A program made the position numbers and the translations under genes. Positions 39,000-48,476 of a stretch of 64,000 nt of DNA are shown here, in pieces. A model generated the notes under the pieces. It was not told the origin of the DNA. It made no database searches and saw only the letters and a program-made list of their open reading frames with translations. The stretch comes from Candidatus Aenigmatarchaeota archaeon (lineage in GTDB: Archaea > Aenigmatarchaeota > Aenigmatarchaeia > QMZP01 > QMZT01), in contig CAVSBQ010000002.1 of assembly GCA_963726265.1 (NCBI GenBank), forward strand, positions 384,001 to 448,000. The letters are read 5' to 3'. Numbering within the stretch: position 1 is the first letter of the stretch; the number at the start of each line of letters is the position of its first letter.

Positions 39000-39251
39000 T
39001 TACATGTTGAAAAGGAAAGTCCAGCTCACTATCCATACGAGGATGTACAGCAGCGCGCCGTTAGATACCCACCACTTGATGCCTTTTTTCTTCAGGGCGA
39101 ATTCTGTCGCATACCCTGTTATCAGAAGTATGATCACCATCGCGCCGAATGCGTAAAGGCCGTCAGCCAGCACGTGCGCGGCGTATCCCGCTGCTATCCC
39201 GGCGACCGTGTGGATCCCGAGCGAAACCCTCGAAGCCTTCAAATCATCCAT
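39000..39251 (-). CDS. Small three-TM protein, EMC6-like (DUF5379-type)
   Basis: 83 aa with three hydrophobic segments, ending WWVSNG..Y..VWIVSWTFLFN. Confidence 0.7.
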   Translation of the reverse strand: MDDLKASRVSLGIHTVAGIAAGYAAHVLADGLYAFGAMVIILLITGYATEFALKKKGIKWWVSNGALLYILVWIVSWTFLFNM

Positions 39252-39283
39252 TTTATAGAATTTGTATGCGGGGTTTAAAGGAT

Positions 39284-40072
39284 TTAATTAGAGTAATGTG
39301 AGTTGTCCTGTTTTTTGTGAGGGTTCGGGCTTCTTTTTTCTTTTTTTGATGATTCGTGGCTGAATTGGCTTGTATTTCTCTGGGGTGAATTAAAAATCCT
39401 GTTCTTATCTCTTTCCGGAAGCGGCATTATAAGTTGCTGGCAGTATAATCTTCTTTCGCTCACTATCTTCTCCCATTTTTTTGGCATCAAAACCCGTAGT
39501 TTTACGTAATATGCGGATATGCTTGATCCACGAAAATCAGCGAGGAAAAAAGAATGCGGCATCGAATTTTATATCTGTTATTCTAACATCTCCAATTCTC
39601 CGAGAAGCAAGCTCCGCATCACAGCAGCCTTCGCAATAATAATTTTCCGGTTCAATTGCATCGAAATAAATAAACCTCTCTCCCGTTTTTAAAGTCTATT
39701 GGTATTGTAATTTTTTCTGCGGGCTTGTTTTTGCACACGCTGCAATTATAGATAGGGTACAAAGTTGGTTCAATTTTCGAATTGTTCTTCCTTGTAACTC
39801 CTCCGAAAATATTTTTCAATACGGCGAAGTTCTTTTTCGTTTTTTGGTTTGTAAAATGAAAGATCAAGAAGCGGCGTATCATTGCCCTCTCTTCTTCGGA
39901 TAAACATTTTAAAAAGGATTGAGGATTTAAAATTTGCACCAAAGCCGTCTCAGCAAACGTTTGAGAGATCTGTATGTTTTCTGGGCCGATAAAGAGCTGC
40001 CTCTTCTATGCTAAGGTGTTTTATCCTTAAGCTGCTTCCGTATCCCTTCTCAAAGCCGATAATATAAATCAT
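39284..40072 (-). pseudogene. Frameshifted AT-rich hypothetical gene with a zinc finger (CSVC...CEGC)
   Basis: ATG 40072 (MIYIIGFEKG) joins ORF 39652-39942 and ORF 39284-39562 through about three frame changes. Confidence 0.55.
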
Positions 40073-40075
40073 TCT

Positions 40076-40267
40076 TTAAGTCTTCTCGGAAGTATTTAAA
40101 TACTTTTTTACCCTCTAAAAGTAGTGATATTTTGTTAATGCCATTACTTTCTTCGATGGCGTCATCTTCTTGCGTCTATTCTTCAGCTTGTGCTTCTTTA
40201 TCTTTTTCCTTTTCCTTTTCCTTCCGCAGGGAATACGAATCACCTGTATTATATTTGCCTTTACATC
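40076..40267. repeat. ~190-bp direct repeat, copy 1 (tiny basic gene plus promoter)
   Basis: Near-identical to 40916-41105; period 840 bp. Confidence 0.95.
40144..40234 (-). CDS. Tiny basic ribosomal protein, bS22/mS38 (AURKAIP1/COX24)-like; copy 1 with a +1 lesion near the 3' end
   Basis: ATT-CCC-TGC-GGA...: PCGRKRKRKKIKKHKLKNRRKKM/RHRRK*; AGGTGA RBS. Confidence 0.65.
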
Positions 40268-40276
40268 ATAGAGGTT

Positions 40277-40913
40277 ATCGATTATGACAAACTAAACTTC
40301 TCAGTTTAGCGTAAACTTTCCCTTTATCCATGATTCCATTCTCTATTTTCCGGATTGAACCTGCGAGTCTTACAGGATCATTATACTGAGGAAGGTAATC
40401 TGAAGCTTATATCCATGAGCTGTGCAACACTTGTACATATTTGATAAAAAAGATTTCGACCACTAGATCTTTGGATATCAACTTGCTCCTCTGCGCACGA
40501 ATCGAGCAAAACAGGCTTAGCTGAAGGATATGTCTGGTTTACCTTTCAGGAGCGCCTCTCCATATCTTTTCATCAGCATTAGGCTCGTAACGATAAGGCA
40601 AAGTCCACACCCTTGCTTCATTTCCGCAGGCCCCATACCTGCCCTCGCACTTGACATGAACTCCCAGTTGTTTTCCCAGCGCATTGTCAATTTCTTGGAT
40701 GCTTGCCAGATCATCATCGATTACAATATTTGTCCGTAATGTTCTATCTGGACGTGCCAGATAGCTATGAATATAGTTGAAACCGTCAAAGCCATCGAGC
40801 AAGGGCAGCTGAGCTAAAGAATACAACCGTGAGTCAGGCAATCTTTTTTCTTCCGCATCCTTCGCGTATTGGCCAAAATTTATCAAAACTATGGCCCTCG
40901 GATCGAATGACAT
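40277..40913 (-). pseudogene. Hypothetical cargo gene between the repeats; ORF 40539-40913 plus frameshifted continuation
   Basis: ATG lies directly at the repeat edge; protein-like frames continue to ~40277. Confidence 0.5.
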
Positions 40914-40915
40914 GC

Positions 40916-41105
40916 TTAAGTCTTCTCGGAAGTATTTAAATACTTTTTTACCCTCTAAAAGTAGTGATATTTTGTTATTTTCATTACTTTCTTCGATGGC
41001 GCATCTTCTTGCGTCTCTTCTTCAGCTTGTGCTTCTTTATCTTTTTCCTTTTTCTTTTCTTCCGCAGGGAATACAAATCACCTGTATTATATTTGCATTT
41101 ACATC
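40916..41105. repeat. ~190-bp direct repeat, copy 2
   Basis: Near-identical to 40076-40267; begins ~25 nt downstream of the tRNA-Thr 3' end. Confidence 0.95.
40984..41072 (-). CDS. Tiny basic ribosomal protein bS22/mS38-like; copy 2 with a -1 lesion in an A/G tract
   Basis: PCGRK/..KIKKHKLKKRRKKMRHRRK*; 89 nt versus the 90 nt expected. Confidence 0.65.
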
Positions 41106-41129
41106 TTAATATTTGAATTGTGACCCCAA

Positions 41130-41273
41130 AGCCCCGGGCGAGGATTGAACTCGCGACCTTTCGCTTTCTGGAAGTCGAGTGACCAGCGAAGCGAAGCTAC
41201 TGGTTTTCGCTTAAGCCTTTTGAGTAAAAGGCTATTATACCAAGCGAACGCTCTACCACTGAGCTACCGAGGC
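41130..41273 (-). tRNA. tRNA-Thr(GGT) with 72-nt intron at 37/38 (41166-41237)
   Basis: Reverse complement: GCCTCGG TA GCTCAGTGGTAGAGC G TTCGC TT GGT A|A GCGAA...CCGGGGC T; BHB helix TTGG/CCAG. Confidence 0.93.
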
Positions 41274-41327
41274 GGATAATATACAATAAGCTATCTTCTT
41301 TTTATTTGTTAGAACACGGCAGAACGC

Positions 41328-42116
41328 TTAAAACAGAAAAACCCTTTCCGTTTTTATTTTATCGCCCGCTTTTTTGCCGAGCGCTATTATCGAGCCGCTT
41401 CCGTCGAAGATGCCCACTGTCTGGTTTTCTTCCGCTTTTTCCATGCTCACTATGAAGTCGGAAAAAACTGGGCTGCCGTTCCTTATTTTCGCGATGGCTT
41501 CGTCGTTGACGACGACCTTTTTCAGGCCGACCCTTTTCAGCGCCTCTTCAAGGGGAAAAACGTTTTTTTCCGAGAGTTCGGAAAGTGGAATTGCCTCGCT
41601 GATTTCGAAAGGTCCTATCTTCGTCCTGCGCAGCTCCGTCATGTGGGCGCCGCAACCGAGGGACTGGCCTATGTCATGGACGAGCTTGCGTATGTATGTC
41701 CCCGCCTCGCACAGGACTTCGAACCCGATTTCGCGGCCTTCGATTTTCAGAATCTTAAGCGAGTGAATCGTTCGCTTGCGCTCGATACGTGCGACGCGCG
41801 ATTTCACGGGCGGCTTCTGCATTATCTCTCCAGTAAATTTTCTGAAGGCTTTTTCAAGCGCGGATTTTTCGATGTCTCCGTGGAGAAGCATTTCACCGAC
41901 GTATTCTTTGTCCATGCCCATGAGGACTGGCATCGCCTTCCTCGCTTCCTCGAGCGCGATGAGCATGAGACCCGTGACGTTCGGGTCAAGCGTCCCAGTA
42001 TGGCCGCCGCGGCTGGCGCCGAGGATTTTGCACGTCTTTTCCACGACGTCAAAACTGGTCATGCCAGCTGGCTTGTCAACAAGGACTACGCCTTTTTTCA
42101 GAATCTGGCCTGCCAT
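41328..42116 (-). CDS. truB: tRNA pseudouridine synthase Cbf5/TruB
   Basis: VDKPAGMTS, GHTGTLDP, QKPPVKSRV, CEAGTYIRKL, C-terminal PUA. Confidence 0.92.
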   Translation of the reverse strand: MAGQILKKGVVLVDKPAGMTSFDVVEKTCKILGASRGGHTGTLDPNVTGLMLIALEEARKAMPVLMGMDKEYVGEMLLHGDIEKSALEKAFRKFTGEIMQKPPVKSRVARIERKRTIHSLKILKIEGREIGFEVLCEAGTYIRKLVHDIGQSLGCGAHMTELRRTKIGPFEISEAIPLSELSEKNVFPLEEALKRVGLKKVVVNDEAIAKIRNGSPVFSDFIVSMEKAEENQTVGIFDGSGSIIALGKKAGDKIKTERVFLF

Positions 42117-42118
42117 AT

Positions 42119-42754
42119 TCATTCAATCAATTTTACAATCTTAGGGATTTCATCCTCAACTTTTATCAGATTCAGATCGATTTTGCTTATGTAATTGTCC
42201 CTTAAGGCAGTGGATTCAAGCCAATCAAAAAGACCTTCCCAGTACTTTTTACCAACGCAAATCAGCGGCACCTGGTCGACGATGCCGTTCTGCATCAGCA
42301 TTGCGTTTTCGAGCAGCTCGTTAAGCGTGCCGAAGCCGCCGGGATAGTATATGATTGCCTCTGATTTTATCAGCATTATGAACCTCCTCGCAAAGAAGAA
42401 GTGAAAACGCAGGACGTCTGTATATAGCTTTTCCGTGACTTTTTCATTCACCAGTAAATCAGCCTTGCACCCTATGGATTTCGTTTTCGCGTCCATCGCA
42501 CCCGAGTTCGCCGCGTGCATTATTCCCGGTCCTCCGCCGGTCATTATCGCATAGTCCTTCTTGCCCAATTCAAAGGCAAGTTTTCTTGCATGCTCGTAAT
42601 ATTTGTTTCCGGGCTTGATTCTGGCAGAGCCCTGAAAAACAACGATTTCTGAATCTATCTTTCTGAGCAGACCCAAGCCGGCTTTTATTTCGCTGCTAGC
42701 CTTGCCCACTGTCCATTCGTCGTGATAAATCTTGTTCTTGTGGAATCTGACCAT
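42119..42754 (-). CDS. LOG family (TIGR00730) nucleotide phosphoribohydrolase
   Basis: TGGGPGIM, PGGFGTLNEL. Confidence 0.88.
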   Translation of the reverse strand: MVRFHKNKIYHDEWTVGKASSEIKAGLGLLRKIDSEIVVFQGSARIKPGNKYYEHARKLAFELGKKDYAIMTGGGPGIMHAANSGAMDAKTKSIGCKADLLVNEKVTEKLYTDVLRFHFFFARRFIMLIKSEAIIYYPGGFGTLNELLENAMLMQNGIVDQVPLICVGKKYWEGLFDWLESTALRDNYISKIDLNLIKVEDEIPKIVKLIE

Positions 42755-42788
42755 AATAATAATTGAGATTATTTTTAAAAAGAAAAAA

Positions 42789-43622
42789 CTATTCAGCTTC
42801 CTGCTTTTTCTTGTTTTCCTTCGTTTCTGCTTTCTCAACCTTCTGTTTCCTGACCGCCTTTTTCCTTTCTTTATTCGGGGCCGCTTCCTTTTCAGCGGGC
42901 TTTTCCTCGGCCACCGCCTCTTCCTCGGCCTTCTCGGGCCTGGCGGCGTGGAACTCCGGCGATTTAAGCACCTTTATCCTCGCTATTTCAGAGAACCTGA
43001 CGGGATAAACCTTGCTGCCCGTCTTCTTGAGCATCATCTGCATTTCCGTCGTAAGCACTTTCCTCACGAACTCGCCCATGTCGCTTTTGCCAGCGAAATC
43101 GTTGAAGAAGCTGGCCGTAAGGTGTCTCATTTTGGTTTCTATGTTGGCCACCGGCTTGCCGTTGAGTATGGTCCACGGCTTTATCCTGAGTATCCATCCG
43201 TCCTTGGTTGTGACGTCGACGACCGTCTCGACCTTCTGGTTCCTTTTCCTGATCATCCTTAACAGGTGGTCCCTCGTGCATTCCAGACCTCCGAAGGATG
43301 TCAGGCACGTCTTGCCCTCGACCTTCATGATTCTTACAAGTATCTTCATGTAGTATTTGGCGCCGTCTCCTGTTATGTCAGGGACGCCGACTTCCATCAA
43401 TCTTCCTATCAGCGATTCCGGGTCGGTCGCAGGCGTCTGGCCCAGGACTTTCGCTCCGAATTCCCTAGGAGCCAATATATTGAACCAGTCCTTGCCTTTC
43501 CATTTTTTGACCAGTATCTTTTCTTCCAACTGGTCCGGAGTGGCTTCCTTCTCCAGCTTCGCTTCCTTCTTCTCTTCCTTCTGTTCCTCTTCCTTCAGCC
43601 TCGGTTTGTTCTTCATGCCCAT
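42789..43622 (-). CDS. rps3ae: Ribosomal protein eS1 (S3Ae) with charged terminal extensions
   Basis: KWKGKDWFNILAP, KVYPVRFSEIARIKV. Confidence 0.92.
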   Translation of the reverse strand: MGMKNKPRLKEEEQKEEKKEAKLEKEATPDQLEEKILVKKWKGKDWFNILAPREFGAKVLGQTPATDPESLIGRLMEVGVPDITGDGAKYYMKILVRIMKVEGKTCLTSFGGLECTRDHLLRMIRKRNQKVETVVDVTTKDGWILRIKPWTILNGKPVANIETKMRHLTASFFNDFAGKSDMGEFVRKVLTTEMQMMLKKTGSKVYPVRFSEIARIKVLKSPEFHAARPEKAEEEAVAEEKPAEKEAAPNKERKKAVRKQKVEKAETKENKKKQEAE

Positions 43623-45027
43623 GTTTTGCACCAATAACAGATGTAAGTATTAGTTCAGTCATATTTATAAATTCCTCCTGCTTCTCCCGGGGTATCACGG
43701 CCGCCGCGGCGCCCATGTGGCCGCCGCCCTCACCGCCCAGCTTTTCTGAGACCGAGCTCATTATCTCGTTCAGCCTGAGGCCGTTCGCAACGAGCGCATC
43801 GCTCGCCCTGGCGGATATCTTTATCCCGTCCTCGGCATGCGCTATGCCGAACAGCGGCTTCTCCGGGAAGAGACCGGAATGGTTCATTATGGATATGACG
43901 TTCGATATCATGTGCTCCGAAACTTTGTCTCCGGCGAACACGTAAATGCCGTTCCTGCTCTTTACGATTTCGGGATTTTTCATGTTGGCCTCTATCCAGT
44001 TCACTCCTCGTCCTATCTCCCGCCTGTAGCTCTCGAGTATCGTTTTCACGTTTTCGAAGGCGCTTTTCACGTTCAGGCAAAGGGCGATTCCCAGGCTCGC
44101 GCGCTCCATCTTGCCGCAGGCGTTGAGCATGGTGGCGAACTCGTTCGCGTCGCGGAAGTCGCCTTCCTTGTCCAGCAGCTCGTAGACGTCGCCGAAGATG
44201 TATTCGGGGTTCTCGCGATTCGCTATGACGCGCTCCTTTATTATGCCGCCCGCGAGCGTCTGCTGCTCCTCCGGCGAAAGGTCGGCTATGGTCCTCCAAT
44301 CCTCGCCCTTCTTGGCGGGGATGCCGAGATCGTGAAGGAACTGGATGCCCGACGACTCGGAACCGGTTATGCCCGGAATGTAGGGGTCGATCGAATACGC
44401 GAGCGCCTTGTGCAACGGGCGCGTATAACGCCCCCATAAACGAAGGCCCTTTGAGACGCGTATCTTGCCCTTCGCCTCCGAGTCTTTCAATATCTCCCTG
44501 TTAAGGCCGGAAAGCCCCCAGTTGACGCCTATCGCGTCTATCTGGGAGTCGCCTATCGCGCCTATGACTGCGAGAGGCGCGAGGTCCGTGTTGTTCGCAT
44601 CGATGGTCTTCGCAAGAAGATACGTCACGCCCGAGCCGGCTATGTTGCTCTCCACGCCGAGCGCCGTGGAATTTATGTGGACTATGTTTTCATTCGCTTC
44701 TCCGCCAGGCTGGTGGTGGTCGCATATTATGACCTTTGAGCCAGGCAGGTGATGTTTTATGAGCTCTATCTGACCGGAGCCCATGTCAAGAAAGACGAAA
44801 AGATTTCGCTTCTCGTTCGCGAGCGCTTCCAGGACGCGCCTGCTCAGCTGCTTCACGTTCGTGGCGTGGAAATCCTTGCCGAGGCGCGAAAGCGTTTTGA
44901 TCATTATCGCCGCCGAGCATATGCCGTCCGCGTCGTAATGCGAGACGACGCGTATCTGCTGCGCTTCGCTTATCCATGTCTTCGCCTTTTCTGCTTCGCC
45001 TGTGATGCGCTTCAGACCTTCCTGCAT
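43465..45027 (-). CDS. DHH/DHHA1 RecJ-like nuclease
   Basis: SHYDADG, DMGSG, DHH, GAIGD, GGGH; usual neighbour of S3Ae. Confidence 0.92.
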   Translation of the reverse strand: MQEGLKRITGEAEKAKTWISEAQQIRVVSHYDADGICSAAIMIKTLSRLGKDFHATNVKQLSRRVLEALANEKRNLFVFLDMGSGQIELIKHHLPGSKVIICDHHQPGGEANENIVHINSTALGVESNIAGSGVTYLLAKTIDANNTDLAPLAVIGAIGDSQIDAIGVNWGLSGLNREILKDSEAKGKIRVSKGLRLWGRYTRPLHKALAYSIDPYIPGITGSESSGIQFLHDLGIPAKKGEDWRTIADLSPEEQQTLAGGIIKERVIANRENPEYIFGDVYELLDKEGDFRDANEFATMLNACGKMERASLGIALCLNVKSAFENVKTILESYRREIGRGVNWIEANMKNPEIVKSRNGIYVFAGDKVSEHMISNVISIMNHSGLFPEKPLFGIAHAEDGIKISARASDALVANGLRLNEIMSSVSEKLGGEGGGHMGAAAAVIPREKQEEFINMTELILTSVIGAKHGHEEQTEAEGRGTEGREEGSEAGEGSHSGPVGRKDTGQKMERQGLVQYIGS

Positions 45028-45125
45028 TGCGACCAGTTTTATAATGAAATGTCCAGTTATTTATTCTTGAGTCACGCCTTCGCCATCCGATTATTTTTTT
45101 AAGCCAGTGATGAAAACTAATTGTT

Positions 45126-47210
45126 ATGACCGGCAAGACTCTCATAACCGCGGCCCTGATTTACGCGAACGGGCCAGTCCATCTCGGACATCTGGTGGAA
45201 TACATCCAGACCGACGTCTATACCCGCTACCTGAAGCTCAAGGGCATCGACGCCGTCTACTGCTGCGCTGACGATACGCATGGCACGCCCATCGAAGTCG
45301 CGGCGATGAAGGCCGGCCTCGCTCCGGAGGAATTCATAAAGACCTGGTACAAACAGCACACCAGGGATTTCGCCGGCTTCCTCATCCACTTCGACAGCTA
45401 TTACACCACTCACTCGAAGGAGAACGAGAACTTCACCAACATGATTTTCAAGGCGCTCAAGGAGGGCGGCCACATCTACAAGAAGAACCTGAAGCAGCTC
45501 TACTGCGAGAAGTGCAAACGCTTTCTTCCGGACAGGTTCGTGAAAGGCGTATGCCCGAAATGCGGGGCAGAGGACCAGTATGGCGACGTATGCGAGGCGT
45601 GCGGCTCGACCTACAAGCCCATAGACCTGAAAGCGCCGTTCTGCAGCATATGCAAGGCCAGGCCGGTGATGAAAGATTCCGACCATTACTTCTTTAAACT
45701 GAGCGCGTTCTCCGATCGTCTGCGCGAGTGGCTGAAAGCGAACGACGCGCTTCAGAGCGACATAAAGAATTACGTGCTCTCATGGATAGATAAGGGCCTG
45801 GAAGACTGGTGCATTTCGAGGGACGCGCCTTATTTCGGCTTCAAAATCCCGGGCGAGAAGGACAAGTATTTCTACGTCTGGCTGGACGCGCCGATAGGCT
45901 ACATCGCATCGACCGAAAACTTCTGCACCCACAGCTACTGCTCGACGCTCGGTGATTACTGGAAGTCCAAGCATTCGAGAATCGTCCATTTCATCGGCAA
46001 GGATATCGCCTACTTCCATCTTATATTCTGGCCCGCGGTCCTCATGGGCGCTGGTTTCAAGACTCCGGATAACGTCGTGGTCCACGGCTTCCTTACAGTG
46101 AACGGGGAGAAGATGTCCAAGTCGAGGGGGACGTTCATCACGGCGCGCGAATACCTGGAAACGCTGGACCCGGAGTTCCTGCGCTATCATTATGCCTCGA
46201 ACCTCACCCACACGACGAGCGACATCGACCTGAGCTTCGAGGACTTCAAGAGCAGGGTCAACAACGAGCTCATAGGCAACATAGCTAACTTCTGCTATCG
46301 AACCCTGAGTTTTGTCGATAAATATGCCGGCGGCAAGGTAGGCAAGCTCGGCAAGAAGAACAGCGACCTCATGGTTCTGGAAAGGATAAACGACATCGTG
46401 AGGAAGATGGACAAGCAGTACTCGGCCTTCGAGTTCCGCGAGGCGCTGAAATGCGTAATAGAGATAAGCAACATCGGCAACCGCTACTTCCAGGACAACG
46501 AACCGTGGAGGCTCGCCAAGGAGAAGAACAAGGAGCGCCTGGAAGAGGTGCTTGCGCTTTCCGTGAACATAGTCAGGAAGCTCGCGATATTGCTGAACCC
46601 GGTCCTGCCGAAGTTCTCCGATAAAATAGCGAAGCAGCTTAACCTCAAGGAGCTTAAATGGGACGACGTACGGCATTCGCTAGAAGACCACAAGATAGGC
46701 AAGCCGGAGATAGTCTTCAGAAAGGTCGAGAAAATCGAGTTCTCCGACCCGTTCGCGACGCTCGATCTGCGCGTCGCGAAGATAGACAAGGTCGAGGACC
46801 ATCCTGATGCAGAAAAATTATACGTGCTCTACGTCGACCTCGGCAGCGAGAAACGAACGCTGGTCGCAGGCCTGAAAGACAAGTATTCGAAAAGCGAGCT
46901 CAAGGGGAAGCACATAGTCGTCGTATGCAACCTGAAGAAGGCGAAGCTTAAGGGCGTCGAATCGGAAGGCATGCTGCTCGCCGCAGATGACGGGAAGGAC
47001 GTCGGTCTCATCTTATCGAAGGGCAGGCCGGGCGCGAGCGTGACCATCGACGGCGTGGAAAAACGACCGGCGAAAGAGCTCACCATCAAGGACTTCGAGA
47101 AGTTTGAGCTGAAGAGCAGGGACGGCAAGGTTTATTACAAGGACAAAATTCTGAAGACGCAAGAAGGCGACGTGCACGTCGACAAGAAGATAGAAGGCAA
47201 AGTTAGATGA
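45126..47210 (+). CDS. metG: Methionine-tRNA ligase with C-terminal tRNA-binding domain
   Basis: HLGH, Zn knuckles, YVWLDA, KMSKS, OB-fold tail. Confidence 0.97.
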   Translation: MTGKTLITAALIYANGPVHLGHLVEYIQTDVYTRYLKLKGIDAVYCCADDTHGTPIEVAAMKAGLAPEEFIKTWYKQHTRDFAGFLIHFDSYYTTHSKENENFTNMIFKALKEGGHIYKKNLKQLYCEKCKRFLPDRFVKGVCPKCGAEDQYGDVCEACGSTYKPIDLKAPFCSICKARPVMKDSDHYFFKLSAFSDRLREWLKANDALQSDIKNYVLSWIDKGLEDWCISRDAPYFGFKIPGEKDKYFYVWLDAPIGYIASTENFCTHSYCSTLGDYWKSKHSRIVHFIGKDIAYFHLIFWPAVLMGAGFKTPDNVVVHGFLTVNGEKMSKSRGTFITAREYLETLDPEFLRYHYASNLTHTTSDIDLSFEDFKSRVNNELIGNIANFCYRTLSFVDKYAGGKVGKLGKKNSDLMVLERINDIVRKMDKQYSAFEFREALKCVIEISNIGNRYFQDNEPWRLAKEKNKERLEEVLALSVNIVRKLAILLNPVLPKFSDKIAKQLNLKELKWDDVRHSLEDHKIGKPEIVFRKVEKIEFSDPFATLDLRVAKIDKVEDHPDAEKLYVLYVDLGSEKRTLVAGLKDKYSKSELKGKHIVVVCNLKKAKLKGVESEGMLLAADDGKDVGLILSKGRPGASVTIDGVEKRPAKELTIKDFEKFELKSRDGKVYYKDKILKTQEGDVHVDKKIEGKVR

Positions 47211-47265
47211 ATATCATCTCTGGAAACGATTTTTAAACCCAAAACCGATTATTCTTGGTGATTCC

Positions 47266-48468
47266 ATGCTCATAGGTCTGATTGGCAAGACAAATACTGG
47301 CAAATCGACTTTTCTAAAGGCATTAACCCTTGTAGATGTGGAAATTTCGAACAGGGTTTTCACCACAATTGAGCCGAATCACGCGGTCGGTTATGTCAAG
47401 GCGAAATGCCCTGCGGTCAAGGTCGGAACGCCCTGCAAGCCGAACGTCGGCTACTGCAAGCACGGGATAAGATTCATTCCAGTCGAACTGCTTGACGTCG
47501 CAGGTCTCGTGCCGGGCGCGCACATGGGCAAAGGTCTCGGCCTCAAATTCCTTGATGACCTCCGCCAGGCGGACGCATTTATTCACGTTATTGATGCATC
47601 GGGCTCGACGAACGAGAACGGCGAGCCGGTCGCATGCGGCAGCTATGACCCTGCGAAGGACGTCCGCTTCCTCGAGGAGGAGATTGGCTACTGGTTCTTC
47701 GGCATGCTTAAGAAGAACTGGACGAAGTTCTCGAAGGAAGTCGAGATGAACAAGAAGAACATCACAGAGTCGCTGGTCCAGCAGTTTTCAGGCCTCAAGG
47801 TAACCGAAGACCAGATAAAGAAAACGCTGGATAAATTAGGCCTCCACGGCACGTCACCGGTGAAGTGGAGCGACAGCGACCTCTGCCGCTTCGCCTTCGA
47901 ACTGCGCAAGCTCTCGAAGCGCATGATAATCGCCGCGAACAAAATCGACGTGCCGGGCGCGGACAAAAATGTCGAGCGGCTGAGGGAAGAATTCCCCAAC
48001 TACACGATAATCCCCTGCTCGGCCGAAAGCGAGCTCGCGCTGAAGGAGGCGGAGAAACACGACCTCATAAAATATCTGCCTGGCAGCAGGGATTTTGAAA
48101 TAACGCAGCCGGATAAGCTCACCGACAAGCAGAAGAAGGCGCTGGACTTCGTGAAAAGGAACATCCTGGAAAAACACGGCTCTACGGGCGTGCAGGAGTG
48201 CCTGGACAAGGTCATATTCGGCGTGATGGATTACATCGTGGCTTATCCCGTCGCCAACCTGAACAAGATGACGGACAAGAAAGGCAACGTCCTTCCCGAT
48301 GCGCTGCTCGTGCCGAAGGGAACGAGCCTGAAAGAATTCGCCGCAAAGATCCACACCGCAATGGCGGACAAGTTCATCGGAGGCATCGATTTCGAGACGA
48401 AGCGCAAGCTCGGCGCGGAGCACGAGGTCAGGGACGGCGACGTGATAGAGATTCTTTTCGGGAAGTAA
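47266..48468 (+). CDS. ychF: YchF/Obg-family ATPase with TGS domain
   Basis: [35 protein letters not shown]. Confidence 0.9.
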   Translation: MLIGLIGKTNTGKSTFLKALTLVDVEISNRVFTTIEPNHAVGYVKAKCPAVKVGTPCKPNVGYCKHGIRFIPVELLDVAGLVPGAHMGKGLGLKFLDDLRQADAFIHVIDASGSTNENGEPVACGSYDPAKDVRFLEEEIGYWFFGMLKKNWTKFSKEVEMNKKNITESLVQQFSGLKVTEDQIKKTLDKLGLHGTSPVKWSDSDLCRFAFELRKLSKRMIIAANKIDVPGADKNVERLREEFPNYTIIPCSAESELALKEAEKHDLIKYLPGSRDFEITQPDKLTDKQKKALDFVKRNILEKHGSTGVQECLDKVIFGVMDYIVAYPVANLNKMTDKKGNVLPDALLVPKGTSLKEFAAKIHTAMADKFIGGIDFETKRKLGAEHEVRDGDVIEILFGK

Positions 48469-48476
48469 TCATTTCT

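Noticed and set aside
40076..41105. Repeats as CRISPR array, IS ends or DGR template/variable pair
   Set aside because: Only two ~190-bp direct copies; no spacer periodicity, no inverted ends, and no transposase or reverse transcriptase in the window
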